Source: Oligoflexia bacterium (GTDB taxonomy: Bacteria; Bdellovibrionota; UBA1018). Taken from it: a stretch of 19,986 bases of DNA. The stretch spans positions 1 through 19,986 of the forward strand of contig JAYTHP010000013.1 of the NCBI GenBank assembly GCA_043732485.1. Reading direction: 5' to 3'. The position numbers and the translations under genes are program-made. Shown here piece by piece: positions 1 to 9,754 of the stretch; position 1 is the stretch's first letter, and the number at the start of each line of letters is the position of its first letter. The notes below the pieces were generated by a model. That model was given only the letters and a program-made list of their open reading frames with translations, searched no databases and was not told where the DNA came from.

Positions 1-139
1 ACTGAACAGAAAGAAATGAAATAGCTCCTTGACCCAAAAATTTTGCCTCAGCAGCAATTAAAATTCGCTTTTGTTTTTCATTGAGATATGGGAGAATAAA
101 ATTGATTTTTTGGACTGATTTGTACCATTCTTTTGTCAT
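1..139 (-). CDS. ISAzo13-family (Rhodopirellula-type DDE) transposase, N-terminal 46 aa, truncated by the window edge
   Basis: Manual translation from ATG 139 gives MTKEWYKSVQKINFILPYLNEKQKRILIAAEAKFLGQGAISFLSVQ. This matches the family N-terminal pattern 'LxPxLxE(R/K)QRRLxxAAEAxxLGxGGISxxS'. Not in the ORF track (under 60 aa). Confidence 0.8.
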   Translation of the reverse strand, partial: MTKEWYKSVQKINFILPYLNEKQKRILIAAEAKFLGQGAISFLSVQ

Positions 140-196
140 GAGGATCAACTTATTATTAAAATTGAAAAATTTCACCATTTATTTTTTTAAGCGCCC
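1..196 (-). mobile_element. Left end of an ISAzo13-family insertion sequence (continues beyond the window start)
   Basis: Abrupt switch to AT-rich DNA at ~190-196. On the minus strand the end reads TTA|GGGCGCTTAAAAAAAATAAATGG, and a transposase start follows 57 nt inside. A G-starting end next to a 3-bp TAA/TTA target (197-199) fits this family as I recall it. The other end is outside the window. Confidence 0.7.
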
Positions 197-320
197 TAAA
201 CTTCCCGGTGCTGGTGCCGTTGGCAAGCTGGAGCGCCACTTGATAGCGTTTAGCCACCATCGGCTTGTTCTGGGAGTCGCGCAAGAAGACTTTGACCGTC
301 AGCGACTGCCCGCCTGCCTG
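197..320 (-). pseudogene. Remnant of an invasin/Big-1 (Ig-like) domain gene, cut by the IS
   Basis: Manual translation gives QAGGQSLTVKVFLRDSQNKPMVAKRYQVALQLANGTSTGKF, which then runs into the IS end. It aligns with the Ig-like fragment at 19633-19750 (12/19 identical aa in the core). No convincing start codon upstream. Confidence 0.65.
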
Positions 321-397
321 CCTCGCAAACCCTGCAAAAGATCGCCCAATGCACCCCTTTCTCTCCCCCCCTCAAGGCGGGGCAATAGCACGACCAA

Positions 398-436
398 GCC
401 CCCCTCGATGCGATCAGACTCGACACGAAGGGGGGG
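398..436. other. Imperfect GC-rich hairpin downstream of leuS (possible terminator or RNA stability element)
   Basis: CCCCCCTCG...CGAAGGGGGG arms, with inner TGCGA/TCGACA partial pairing. No clear U-tract. Confidence 0.3.
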
Positions 437-578
437 AGGACTGAGTGCACGCAAGGAAAGGGTGGAATCAGGAGACGAAATCAGGAGCTGCACCCAGGGT
501 GTTCAGGCTTCCTAGACCCTTGAGATTGCGGCTCCTTCGGGTCTGAGGGCGAGCTTCTGCACATGCTTAACGCTGATC

Positions 579-3023
579 TCAGCTCACCACAAAGTTGATG
601 ACCTTTTGCGGTACGTAAATCACCTTCTTAATCTTTTTCCCCTCAAGCTGCCGCTGCACGCTTGGCAAGGCCCGCACCTGCTGCTCAATCTCTGCGGCGG
701 TTGCGTCAACGGCCACCTCAAGCGTGCTTTTCGTCTTGCCCATGACCTGCACGGCAATATGCAGGGTGCGAGCTTGCACCCACTGCGCGTCAACCGCAGG
801 CCACGCTTCATAGCTCAAAGCACTCGTTTGGCCTAACTGCCGCCACAACTCATGCGCCAGGTGCGGGGCAAACGGATGCAACAGTTGCACGAAGGGCACC
901 AGACAGGCGCGCGGCTTGTGGATGAGGGGGGTCAGGGTGTTGACGAAAATCATCATTTGGCTGATTGCGGTATTAAAACGCAAATGCTCAATGTCGCGCG
1001 TCACTTTTTGAATCGTCTGATGGGTGATCCTCAGATCATGCTCGCTCGGTGCCGTCTCCGTCACCTCACCGACCATGCGCCAGCAGCGCTCTAAAAAGCG
1101 ATAGACTCCGTCAATGGCTTGAGTCGACCAGGGCTTATCACGCTCCAGTGGACCCATGAACATCTCATAGACCCGCAAGGTGTCTGCGCCGTAATCAGCA
1201 ATCACCGCTTCAGGATGAATAGTATTGCCGCGCGATTTGGACATCTTCTCGCCGTCTTCTCCTAAAATCATCCCTTGATGCACAAGCTTGGTAAACGGTT
1301 CGGCATAGCTCACCCAGCCTGCATCAAACAGCACTTTGGTCCAGAAGCGGGCATACAAGAGATGACCCACCGCGTGCTCGGGACCGCCAATGTAAATATC
1401 CACTGGCATCCAGTAACGCTCAGCCTCAGGGGCAAACGGCAAGTCTGGATGATGGGGATCACAAAAGCGCAAGAAATACCACGAGGAGCCTGCACTCCCC
1501 GGCATGGTGTCGGTTTCTCGGCGCAATCGCTCACCAGTTTTGGGATCAAAGATCTCCACCCACGATCTGAGACTCTCAAGCGGGCTTTCACCTTTTTCAG
1601 TCGGCTCATAGCGCGTGACTTCCGGTAAACACAGTGGTAGCTCCTCAGGCGAGAGCATCCTTGGTTGCTTTTGTTCATCATGATACACCGGAAACGGCTC
1701 ACCCCAGTAACGCTGTCTGGAGAACAACCAATCGCGCAAACGGTAATGCACCTGCCGCTGCCCCAAACCCCGCGCTTCCATCCAGGCAATCACTTTGGCG
1801 CTAGCCTCAAGCGAGCCTAAGCCTGTGATCCAATCGCTGTGCACAGCCTTACCCAAACCCGAGAAACAGACCCCATCAGCAGCAGCCGGGGAGGGGTGAT
1901 CCTTGGCGGCGGCGTCCCCGCCACCGCTGCCTGACTCCACCACCACTTGCTTGATGGGCAACTGAAAGACCTTCGCAAAACTAAAATCCCGCTCATCGTG
2001 CGCAGGCACCGCCATGATCGCACCCGTGCCGTAGGTGCTTAAGACGTAATCAGCAATCCAAATCGGGATCAGCTGCTCATTGACCGGGTTAATTGCAAAA
2101 CTGCCGGTAAACACCCCAGTTTTTGCAGCATGCGGGTCTTGCCTGAGTAATTCTGATTTTTGCGCCACTTGCATCTGGTACTGCGTCACCCCTGCCTGCT
2201 GCTCAGGCGTCGTTAAGGCTGCTACCAAAGGATGCTCAGGCGCTAGCACTAAAAAAGTCACCCCCCAGAGCGTATCCGGGCGGGTGGTAAAAATCTCAAT
2301 GCGCTCATACTTGTCTTGCACCGCAAAGCGGGTTTGCAGACCCTCACTTTTGCCAATCCAATTGCGTTGCAGCGTTTTCGTGCTCTCAGGCCAATCCAAA
2401 CTATCAAGGTCCGCCAGCAACCGCTCGGCGTAGGCTGTGATCTTGAGCATCCACTGCTTCATCAATACCCGAAACACCGGGTGCGATCCGCGCTCCGAGC
2501 GACCGTTCACCACTTCTTCGTTGGCTAAAACGGTTCGTAAGGCCGGGCACCAGTTGACGGCCACCTCTTTTTGATAGGCCAAGTTTTTTTCAAACAGCTT
2601 GATGAAGATCAGTTGCGTGAAGCGATAAAAGCTTGGATCAGCGGTAGAGAGCTCGCGCGACCAGTCATAGCTTAGCCCCAGGCGCTTGAGTTGCACGCGG
2701 AAGTTGTCAATCGCGGTTTGAGTGGTGACGGCTGGATGAATGCCCGTGGCTAAGGCGTGTTGCTCGGCAGGTAAACCAAAGGCATCCCAACCCATGGGAT
2801 GCAAGACGTTAAAGCCTTGCGCCCGGTAGTAGCGCGCCAGAATGTCTGAGGCCGTGTAAGGCTCGACGTGTCCGACGTGCAAGCCCTGGCTGCTGGGATA
2901 GGGAAACATGTCGAGGATGTATTTTTTGGGTTTGTGGCTAGGGAATTCACAGCGATAGGTTTGCTGACTTTCCCACTCTTTTTGCCAATAAGACTCAATG
3001 CGTTCGGGTTGATAGGTCGTCAC
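579..3023 (-). CDS. leuS: Leucine--tRNA ligase
   Basis: DMFPYPS, HIGH-type HVGH, GWDAFGLPAE, editing-domain FTTRPDT and GTGAIMAVPAHDERD, RDWLFSRQRYWG, KMSKS, and C-terminal VINFVV. Start placed at GTG 3023 (VTTYQPERIE), which has GAGGAG 6 nt upstream, rather than at 3092. Confidence 0.98.
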   Translation of the reverse strand: MTTYQPERIESYWQKEWESQQTYRCEFPSHKPKKYILDMFPYPSSQGLHVGHVEPYTASDILARYYRAQGFNVLHPMGWDAFGLPAEQHALATGIHPAVTTQTAIDNFRVQLKRLGLSYDWSRELSTADPSFYRFTQLIFIKLFEKNLAYQKEVAVNWCPALRTVLANEEVVNGRSERGSHPVFRVLMKQWMLKITAYAERLLADLDSLDWPESTKTLQRNWIGKSEGLQTRFAVQDKYERIEIFTTRPDTLWGVTFLVLAPEHPLVAALTTPEQQAGVTQYQMQVAQKSELLRQDPHAAKTGVFTGSFAINPVNEQLIPIWIADYVLSTYGTGAIMAVPAHDERDFSFAKVFQLPIKQVVVESGSGGGDAAAKDHPSPAAADGVCFSGLGKAVHSDWITGLGSLEASAKVIAWMEARGLGQRQVHYRLRDWLFSRQRYWGEPFPVYHDEQKQPRMLSPEELPLCLPEVTRYEPTEKGESPLESLRSWVEIFDPKTGERLRRETDTMPGSAGSSWYFLRFCDPHHPDLPFAPEAERYWMPVDIYIGGPEHAVGHLLYARFWTKVLFDAGWVSYAEPFTKLVHQGMILGEDGEKMSKSRGNTIHPEAVIADYGADTLRVYEMFMGPLERDKPWSTQAIDGVYRFLERCWRMVGEVTETAPSEHDLRITHQTIQKVTRDIEHLRFNTAISQMMIFVNTLTPLIHKPRACLVPFVQLLHPFAPHLAHELWRQLGQTSALSYEAWPAVDAQWVQARTLHIAVQVMGKTKSTLEVAVDATAAEIEQQVRALPSVQRQLEGKKIKKVIYVPQKVINFVVS

Positions 3024-3150
3024 TCTTAGCTCCTCACACTCTCTCCCCCCCGTTGACTGACTAAGACTCAAGAAACGCGCCGTCAGTGACACAGCGTCAA
3101 CACACGCTTGCTCAAGAGTTAGCTCTTTCTTAAGCTTTGGATCGGCAGAT

Positions 3151-3258
3151 TATCCCGGTGAGCTGTCCCGGTGAGCTGTCCCGGTGAGCTGTCCCGGTGA
3201 GCTGTCCCGGTGAGCTGTCCCGGTGAGCTATCCCGGTGAGCTATCCCGGTGAGCTATC
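3151..3258. repeat. Tandem repeat (VNTR): 8 complete copies of 13-bp T(G/A)TCCCGGTGAGC plus a partial TATC
   Basis: Units start at 3151 (TA variant), 3164, 3177, 3190, 3203, 3216 (TG variant), 3229 and 3242 (TA variant). Head-to-tail with no spacers. Confidence 0.97.
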
Positions 3259-4621
3259 AAAGATCCGATCCGCAATCCAGCTCTTTCTCGTTGATCTGGC
3301 AAACCTTGAGCGCATGACCCTGTACATCATGCTCCACCATCTCCCAGTGCCCAGGACCTTCCAATTTCTCAAAAGTCACAAAGCCAAACTGCTCAAAGGT
3401 GCTCGACGCCCGAATCTTCCAGTTCTTAATCCACTTGCCGACCTTCAGGGACTCAAACTGCCTGCTCAACTGCGTTCCGCCGTTGCCCGTCACCACCTGC
3501 AGCGGAGCGTCGGGTGACAGCGCTAACAACTGAAACAAATGATAGTGACCTGAGACAATCAACGACAACGAGTCTGGCCAATTGACGTTCAGCAAATTAT
3601 CCGACGCCTTCACTTGCGCAGCATGCGTGAAGGCCTGAAAAAAGGTTTCTCCCACCCAACGCTTCGGCCGCTCTTTTAAAAAAGCACCGTACCAGATCGG
3701 CTTGTGCGATAAAATCCAATCCGGCGTGGGATTGAAATGAAATACCTGATAAAACTGCTTCCTTAAAACACTCTCCATCACGGGATCGTAGGGATAATCC
3801 GCCACCTCGGACAGATCCACCACCCCTAAACGCAAGCTTGCCAAGTTGACGAGGTAAGGCTGGGTTTCCTTGGGACAAGAAGCCGGCACTGCTCCGGGCT
3901 CCAACATACGAAACCAGCCCTGCCAGGCGCGGTGGCATGACTCATGGTTGCCTCTGACAAAAATCCAGGGTGCCACTGCCATCAGGCGGGCTGCTGGGGC
4001 AAAAAAATCATCCTTCCAGGTGTTCCAATGATCGCCTTGCGAGTAACTCTCGCGGTAAAGGTAATCGCCCACGTGAATGGTCAAATCCGGATTAAACTGC
4101 GCCACCGACTCCGCAATCTGCTGAAACGGCCAGGCCTGAGGATCCGCGCAATCTTGAATGAAATTACCGTCCTTATCGCCCACCTTCACCCGGCAACCGG
4201 TGTCACCCATCACCGCAATGCGCTTAGGCGCCCGGTTCAGATTCAGGCTGCGCCCCTCAATGTTGGCTGCCACGGCATTGGCTGGCACCAAGAACTGGCA
4301 CACCTGGGGAAACGCAGAATCCAAAGCCGATCTCACCTCCATCGGGAAGCTGACCGCTTGGCCAGGCTGCGATCCACTTTTGCCTGCCAGCGTCAGGTTG
4401 ATCTTCGGGCAGTCCCCCTCGTCTAGCGTCAAAGCTTTGGCGAGTAACTGACCCTTACCGGCATGCTGCGTCCAGACCTGCACGTCGCCTGGAATCTCAC
4501 TGAGCCCACGCTTGGGTCCGTGCGAACAGGCTACTAAGCCACTAGAAACCCATAATCCTACCCCGACCCACCAACGACTGCCACCCATCACCACCCTGAC
4601 GTTTTTTTGCTTAAAACTCAT
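3257..4621 (-). CDS. Exported (lipoprotein) calcineurin-like metallophosphoesterase
   Basis: Metal motifs in canonical order: MGDTG, HVGDY, RGNHE, SHKP, SGHYH. A hydrophobic N-terminus ends in the lipobox LVAC. Start uncertain (GTG 4645, ATG 4633 or ATG 4621; the last has GAGGGG upstream). Confidence 0.88.
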   Translation of the reverse strand: MSFKQKNVRVVMGGSRWWVGVGLWVSSGLVACSHGPKRGLSEIPGDVQVWTQHAGKGQLLAKALTLDEGDCPKINLTLAGKSGSQPGQAVSFPMEVRSALDSAFPQVCQFLVPANAVAANIEGRSLNLNRAPKRIAVMGDTGCRVKVGDKDGNFIQDCADPQAWPFQQIAESVAQFNPDLTIHVGDYLYRESYSQGDHWNTWKDDFFAPAARLMAVAPWIFVRGNHESCHRAWQGWFRMLEPGAVPASCPKETQPYLVNLASLRLGVVDLSEVADYPYDPVMESVLRKQFYQVFHFNPTPDWILSHKPIWYGAFLKERPKRWVGETFFQAFTHAAQVKASDNLLNVNWPDSLSLIVSGHYHLFQLLALSPDAPLQVVTGNGGTQLSRQFESLKVGKWIKNWKIRASSTFEQFGFVTFEKLEGPGHWEMVEHDVQGHALKVCQINEKELDCGSDL

Positions 4622-4810
4622 GAAACCCCTCATTACCCGTGTCACTCCACTTCATTGTGTTAGTAAAATTGCTGCTTGCACCCTTAGGTTAGTTATCCCA
4701 TAAACTTTAGCGCCTGGGCCAACAAAAAATTCGCCGAATTCTACCTTCCTAACCCACCCGCCCACCTGCTCCGCCCTCAAAATCATCCGTCACACCGTCC
4801 CCACCGCTCT

Positions 4811-6277
4811 TCAGCCGCAAGCCTGACCCTCCCCCTCTCCTGCTGCGGATGGAATCTTGGGCTCTCCCTTCTGCGCAGTTTCCGACAAATCTGCCGACAA
4901 ATCTACCGACGACGCTTGCTGCAAGTTTTTGAGCATAATCCAGCGCGACAAATAGCGCTTGCTCTCATTGCGGTGATAATTCAGCAACTGACCCATACGG
5001 TTTTCCCGCCGCCACTGCTCCTTCTGAGCGAGCGCTTGCTGCACCCAGGCTTGCCAAACCGGACGGAAGCGCTCTTGATCATAGAGCTGCTCCATCAAGT
5101 GGCTGCAAGCCCGCCCCGCCGCTTGCCATTCGCAGTCATTTTGATACAGCCGCACGGCACTGGCGGCAAAGGCACGCGCGGAGTCAGCAGACGCCGCTGC
5201 CCCTTCTTGCTCCCAAACGACCACTCCCCCAAAGGGTAGCGCTTCATGCATTCCTTCTGCGGCAAGCGGGGTAGCCACCGCAGGTAAGCCGTGCGCCCAG
5301 CCATCGGCAATTTTCCCCTTGATGCCCGCACCAAAACGCAAGGGCGCCAGGTTAACGCGCGAGTTTTGCCACTGCGAAGTGAGATCCTCCTTCGGACCGT
5401 GCACAAAAAATCCTTGCGACGCGTCATGGGCTTTCATCACTTCTTTTGGCGGATAAGCGCCGTAAATGTGCACTTGCGCGTCGCTGATCTGAGCGCGGAT
5501 CCTAGGCCAGATTTCGCGTTGCAGCCAGAAAAACCCATCCAAATTCGGCGGATGCCTGAAGTTCCCCACCATCAAAAAATGCTGCCGCTCACTCCCTCCG
5601 CTCCCGCCCCAAAGCGGTCCTACCGCGCCAGATGGTCTTTCGTAATGAAACCGCACCAAGAGCAACCGCTTCCCGCCAGCCACTTGCAGGTGATCTTGCA
5701 GCAAGGCGCGCTCCACATCCGAAATCACCAAGGCCCCATCACAGCGATGAATCGCTGAGAGCTCACGAATCACAGCCTCACTCCACGCCCCCCGCCCCAG
5801 GTCTTCTAGCACCTGAGCGCGCACCGCCTGCAGCGAGCGGGCTTCCCCTTGGGAAGCCCGTTGCCGCGCGGCCCGCAGGAAATGCAAATCTTGCGTATCC
5901 AAGACGGTTAAAGCCTCAGGGCAGCTCGCTCGCACCCGCCAGCCAAACTGCTCTTCCACCATGAAGCGATCAAAGATCACCACCTGTGGGTTTAACGCTG
6001 TTATCCAAGCATCAAAGCGGTCGTCATTTAAGGCAATTTGCTGGACGCTGACACCACCGACGACCTGATCCCCTCCCGCCGACATCTCAGCCACTTCCTG
6101 GGTGAAGCGATTGACCGCAGCCGTGCATCCCAGCGTCACCTGCCAGCCGGCTGTAAGGAGCCCTTGCATCAAATTCCAGCTCCTACGACCGGCAGCCGAC
6201 GAGGAGCGCTCTGGCCAAACGGACGCGAGAAAACAAACCCGGGGCGTGTTCACGGTGGCAGCGCTCGTGGTCGTCAT
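4811..6277 (-). CDS. GT-B fold glycosyltransferase (GT4 / Glyco_trans_1_4-like)
   Basis: [12 protein letters not shown]-terminal motif, [34 protein letters not shown] and [14 protein letters not shown] are typical of this uncharacterised GT4 subgroup. The start overlaps the helicase stop (ATGA). Confidence 0.88.
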   Translation of the reverse strand: MTTTSAATVNTPRVCFLASVWPERSSSAAGRRSWNLMQGLLTAGWQVTLGCTAAVNRFTQEVAEMSAGGDQVVGGVSVQQIALNDDRFDAWITALNPQVVIFDRFMVEEQFGWRVRASCPEALTVLDTQDLHFLRAARQRASQGEARSLQAVRAQVLEDLGRGAWSEAVIRELSAIHRCDGALVISDVERALLQDHLQVAGGKRLLLVRFHYERPSGAVGPLWGGSGGSERQHFLMVGNFRHPPNLDGFFWLQREIWPRIRAQISDAQVHIYGAYPPKEVMKAHDASQGFFVHGPKEDLTSQWQNSRVNLAPLRFGAGIKGKIADGWAHGLPAVATPLAAEGMHEALPFGGVVVWEQEGAAASADSARAFAASAVRLYQNDCEWQAAGRACSHLMEQLYDQERFRPVWQAWVQQALAQKEQWRRENRMGQLLNYHRNESKRYLSRWIMLKNLQQASSVDLSADLSETAQKGEPKIPSAAGEGEGQACG

Positions 6278-8979
6278 AGGCTAAGCCGTGCCACCGCAAG
6301 CAGACGCAAGACGGGCGCTTGCAGATCGCGTGAGGCTGCCAAATCGAGACTAAAAATCACACTCCAGTCGTTATAGCCTGCAGGATCGACTAAAATTTGC
6401 TCAATCCGCCAATCCCCCTCGCAGGGAGCCGCAAGGCCTGCAGCCTCGTGCAGTGCTTGCCAAATTACTGTGGCAGCAGGCGTGGTCGTTTGCGCCTGAT
6501 GACGCCGATCGATTCTCGTGAATTGCGGATCCCGCGCCTTAGCGTCCGTGCAGAGCACCTCGTGATCATCAGCGTAGTAATCTTCCAACACCTCACGCAG
6601 CCGCTTGGTATTCCAAGCCTGCTGCAGACTGTGGCCTTGGACTTGCAGTAACTCCAACGCCGCCTGGTATTCCGACTCCTCTTTTTGTGCGAGTCGCTTG
6701 AGGAAACGAAAAATCAGGTTGCGCGTTTGTCGCACACTCTCAGGTCGTTGTTCCCACGAGGGCGCTTGAGGGGGTAAGGGCTCAAGCGCGGCGGGAGCCT
6801 GCTGATCGGGCGGTAGACCTGCCTTCTGGCGCAACTGCTCCCATTCCTCAAGCAGAGTCGAGTCGACTTGCTTGATGGTGGTCTTGAGATAGTTTTCTAG
6901 CTCGTAGACCTCAGGCCCTTTCGCGCTCTCAGGCACGGTTTGGTTTAAGACATGATAAGTCTCCATCAGGTAACGCAGCAGTAGCCCTTCCACTCGCTCC
7001 AACCGGTAATCCCTGACGTATTCAGCGAAGGTTTGAAAGGTTTCAAACATCTCTCTGACAATCGACTTAGGGCGAATCAGCTCGGCTCCGACCCAAGGGT
7101 GCAAGGCCGCAAATTCATTAAAGGTTTGATAAATGAACTCGCGGTGCGGCTTCGGGTACTCAAGCTCCTCAAGCTTCGCCACCCGACTTTCAAAGTCCAG
7201 GCCCTCGGCCTTCATCGCTTCCATAGCTTCTTTTTTCACGCGGTCCAGCTGGCGCCTCAAAATCGCCTCCGGGTTCTCCAAGATCGCCTCTACCAGGGTG
7301 AGCAGCTGGAAGACGTATTCTGGCACCTGCGGATCCAGCAACTTCAGGGTGTCGATCACGTAAAGCCCTAAGGCGTGGTTGAGGGAAAAGTCGTTTTGTA
7401 AGTCACCGTGAATGGCCAGCGGATTTAACAGCACAATCTTGCGATCCACCAGCGAGCGGAACAACTCGAAAGCGGTTTTCCGCAGCTTGCGCTTGGTGTC
7501 GTCAGGCTCATGCGATTGCCGAATCAAGCGTCTTAAGGCCTGACAACCATCTTCGTGCGTGCGGCCTAAGACTTGCAGCAACACCGCGTGATTGATCACA
7601 AAATGCGATTTCAAGGGCTCGGGCTGCCCCTCCATCAGCTTCAAGAACGTTTCCCGACTCCAACCCACATAACCCTGCGCGGGCGGTTTCTTCTTCACCC
7701 ACTTCTTCTTGGCTGAACTTGGAGCTGCGGCCGCTTTTTGCTCTAATCTCAGGTTCTCAATCACATGCTCAGGCGCTTGCGCAAGCACGTATCCCTGCTC
7801 ATCAAAGCCCTTGCGCCCAGCCCGACCGCTCATCTGATGAAAATCCCGCTGCGTTAAGATGCCAAGCTTCTTTCCATCAAATTTCACGAGCTTGGTGAAA
7901 ATCACGGTCTTAATCGGCACGTTGACGCCAACGCCGAGGGTGTCGGTGCCACAAATCAACTTCAGTAATCCTTTTTTCGCTAGCCGCTCGACCAAAATAC
8001 GGTACTTGGGCAACAAACCTGCGTGATGCAAGCCGATGCCGTGGCGCACCAGCTTTTGAATCTCCCGCCCATAGGGACTGTTAAAACTGACGCCCTCAAG
8101 GGCGGCTTGGAGGGCTAATTTTTCAGGTTTCGAGCAAAAATCGATGCTTAAGAAATTTTGCGCCGCCTCTGCGCACTCTTTTTGCGTGAAATGGATGAGA
8201 TAAATCGGCGCCCGCCCCAAGCTCACACACTTCACCACCGTGTCTTGCAGCAGCGTCTCGCTATACTCGAAACTAAGCGGCACCGGCCTGAGCTGAGAGC
8301 TCACCACGGTGGTAGTTTTTTGATTCAGTCGAGTGAGCGCCTTCTCAAATCGCTCGGTCTCACCCAGGGTCGCTGACATCAGCAAAAAGCGCGCTTGTGG
8401 AAGTGTCAGCAGCGGCACCTGCCAAGCCATCCCGCGCTGGGAGTCACCGTAATAATGGAACTCATCCATAATCACGTCATCGACCCTCGCTGCCGAGCCT
8501 TGCCGTAACGCCAGATGCGAGAGAATCTCAGCCGTGCAACACAAAATCGGCGCGTCTGGGTGAATCGTCACATCGCCTGTGACCATCCCCACCCACTGCG
8601 GACCAAAATCAGCGAGCAAAGCTTGAAACTTGTCGTTCACCAGCGCCTTAATCGGCGACGTGTAAACCGAGCGCCTCCCTTGCGCAAGCGACTGAAAGTG
8701 CAAATAGGAAGCCACCAGCGACTTACCCGATCCCGTCGGGGTCGCTAAAATCACGTTATTCCCGGCGCTAAGCTCAAGAATCGCTTCTTCTTGCGCCGGA
8801 TAAAGCTCCAAACCCGCCTCGCTCACGTCATCCAGGAAATGATCCAAGATCCCGTCGTCTGCTGAGCCTTGCAACCGCATCTGCTCAAGCTTAGCTGAGA
8901 GTGGAAAGCGAGGGCGGCCAGGCGTGCCGCCATGATCACAGCTACTCACTTGGCTGCGACTTGTGCCACCGACTCCCAC
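6274..8979 (-). CDS. Ski2-like SF2 DEAD/DEAH-box helicase with C-terminal DUF3516 region
   Basis: Q motif YPAQEEA, Walker [52 protein letters not shown], and C-terminal DSTLLEEWE and [12 protein letters not shown]. Start may be GTG 8979 (overlapping the upstream gene) or ATG 8880. Confidence 0.92.
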   Translation of the reverse strand: MGVGGTSRSQVSSCDHGGTPGRPRFPLSAKLEQMRLQGSADDGILDHFLDDVSEAGLELYPAQEEAILELSAGNNVILATPTGSGKSLVASYLHFQSLAQGRRSVYTSPIKALVNDKFQALLADFGPQWVGMVTGDVTIHPDAPILCCTAEILSHLALRQGSAARVDDVIMDEFHYYGDSQRGMAWQVPLLTLPQARFLLMSATLGETERFEKALTRLNQKTTTVVSSQLRPVPLSFEYSETLLQDTVVKCVSLGRAPIYLIHFTQKECAEAAQNFLSIDFCSKPEKLALQAALEGVSFNSPYGREIQKLVRHGIGLHHAGLLPKYRILVERLAKKGLLKLICGTDTLGVGVNVPIKTVIFTKLVKFDGKKLGILTQRDFHQMSGRAGRKGFDEQGYVLAQAPEHVIENLRLEQKAAAAPSSAKKKWVKKKPPAQGYVGWSRETFLKLMEGQPEPLKSHFVINHAVLLQVLGRTHEDGCQALRRLIRQSHEPDDTKRKLRKTAFELFRSLVDRKIVLLNPLAIHGDLQNDFSLNHALGLYVIDTLKLLDPQVPEYVFQLLTLVEAILENPEAILRRQLDRVKKEAMEAMKAEGLDFESRVAKLEELEYPKPHREFIYQTFNEFAALHPWVGAELIRPKSIVREMFETFQTFAEYVRDYRLERVEGLLLRYLMETYHVLNQTVPESAKGPEVYELENYLKTTIKQVDSTLLEEWEQLRQKAGLPPDQQAPAALEPLPPQAPSWEQRPESVRQTRNLIFRFLKRLAQKEESEYQAALELLQVQGHSLQQAWNTKRLREVLEDYYADDHEVLCTDAKARDPQFTRIDRRHQAQTTTPAATVIWQALHEAAGLAAPCEGDWRIEQILVDPAGYNDWSVIFSLDLAASRDLQAPVLRLLAVARLSL

Positions 8980-9671
8980 TTAGTTTGTGCAGTCTTTAAG
9001 GCCGGATGACTGACCAACAAATGCCACACCACCGCACAAAACCCCTCCGTGTGCGGCGTGATACGCTCGCTTGCCACCTGCGGAATCACCACACAGGCTT
9101 GGGCAATTTGCTTAGCATAACCGCCACTCTTGCCAACAATCGCCGTGATGGTAGCACCCACCTCAGCCGCATAATCCATCGCCCGCACCAAGTTCATGGA
9201 AATCCCCTTCTCGCGGTCTCCTCCCCCGACGGAAAACACCAATAGTCCATCTTCCGCTTTGAGTCTTGAAGCCTTCAGCCACTCCGAGTAGCAAGAATCC
9301 CAACCCTCATCATTAATGCGCGCCGTGAGCTCTGAGACGTTATCGCTGGGTGCGTAGGCCTCAAAATGACAAATCTTGCGAAAATCATTGACCGCATGAC
9401 TAGCATGGCCGGCTGAGCCCCCAACGCCTAAAATAAAAAGCCTGCCGCCTGCCGCTCGCACCGCAGCCAAATCGAGCGCCATTTGCTCAATGGCCTGAGC
9501 ATCCAGTCGCTCAATTAAGTCAATCGATTCCGCTAAGTACTGCTCGGTAAAAGACAAGGCTTGCGACGTTGCGGCACTCGTCGGGTCTTCCTGCCTAGCA
9601 CTCCCTACCCCCCGGCTTGCGCTTGTCGCTCTTGCCCCTGCCTGAAAACTCTTGTGTTGTAATTCCGTCAT
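8946..9671 (-). CDS. SIS-domain sugar-phosphate isomerase, GmhA (sedoheptulose-7-phosphate isomerase)-like
   Basis: [41 protein letters not shown] and TPHTE mark a GmhA-like SIS subgroup. It carries an ~40-aa low-complexity N-terminal extension. Confidence 0.85.
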   Translation of the reverse strand: MTELQHKSFQAGARATSASRGVGSARQEDPTSAATSQALSFTEQYLAESIDLIERLDAQAIEQMALDLAAVRAAGGRLFILGVGGSAGHASHAVNDFRKICHFEAYAPSDNVSELTARINDEGWDSCYSEWLKASRLKAEDGLLVFSVGGGDREKGISMNLVRAMDYAAEVGATITAIVGKSGGYAKQIAQACVVIPQVASERITPHTEGFCAVVWHLLVSHPALKTAQTKWESVAQVAAK

Positions 9672-9702
9672 ATCGTTGTGTCTCTTTTGCTTTTTGCGAG
9701 TC

Positions 9703-9741
9703 GGTGCCTGATCGTCAGGCGCCTGACCGTGTGATGCCTGA
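9703..9741. repeat. Intergenic hairpin within a 15-bp-period degenerate repeat
   Basis: GGTGCCTGA-TCG-TCAGGCGCC (9703-9723) forms a stem-loop. GCCTGA recurs at 9706, 9721 and 9736. Confidence 0.6.
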
Positions 9742-9754
9742 GGGTGTTTGTGCT

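Noticed and set aside
81..515. ORF-track ORFs 81-515(+), 250-450(-) and 299-493(-)
   Set aside because: No recognisable motifs, and the + ORF straddles the IS boundary. The meaningful frames are the transposase and the Ig remnant found by hand.
360..3051. TCTCTCCCCCCC direct repeat flanking leuS (360-371 and 3040-3051) as a target-site duplication
   Set aside because: Low complexity, and C-runs are common on this strand. There is no sign that leuS is mobile.
3024..3150. T-box riboswitch or attenuator upstream of leuS
   Set aside because: No T-box consensus (AAnnnGGGTGGnACC-type) and no terminator/antiterminator seen on the minus strand. The leader is short.
3151..3258. Repeat array as a CRISPR
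   Set aside because: Units are 13 bp, head-to-tail with no unique spacers, and there are no cas genes in the window.
6274..8979. Helicase as an anti-phage defence component (e.g. Hachiman/DISARM-type)
   Set aside because: Motifs fit the widespread DUF3516 Ski2-like family. There is no nuclease, methylase or other defence partner nearby, and no obvious compositional anomaly.
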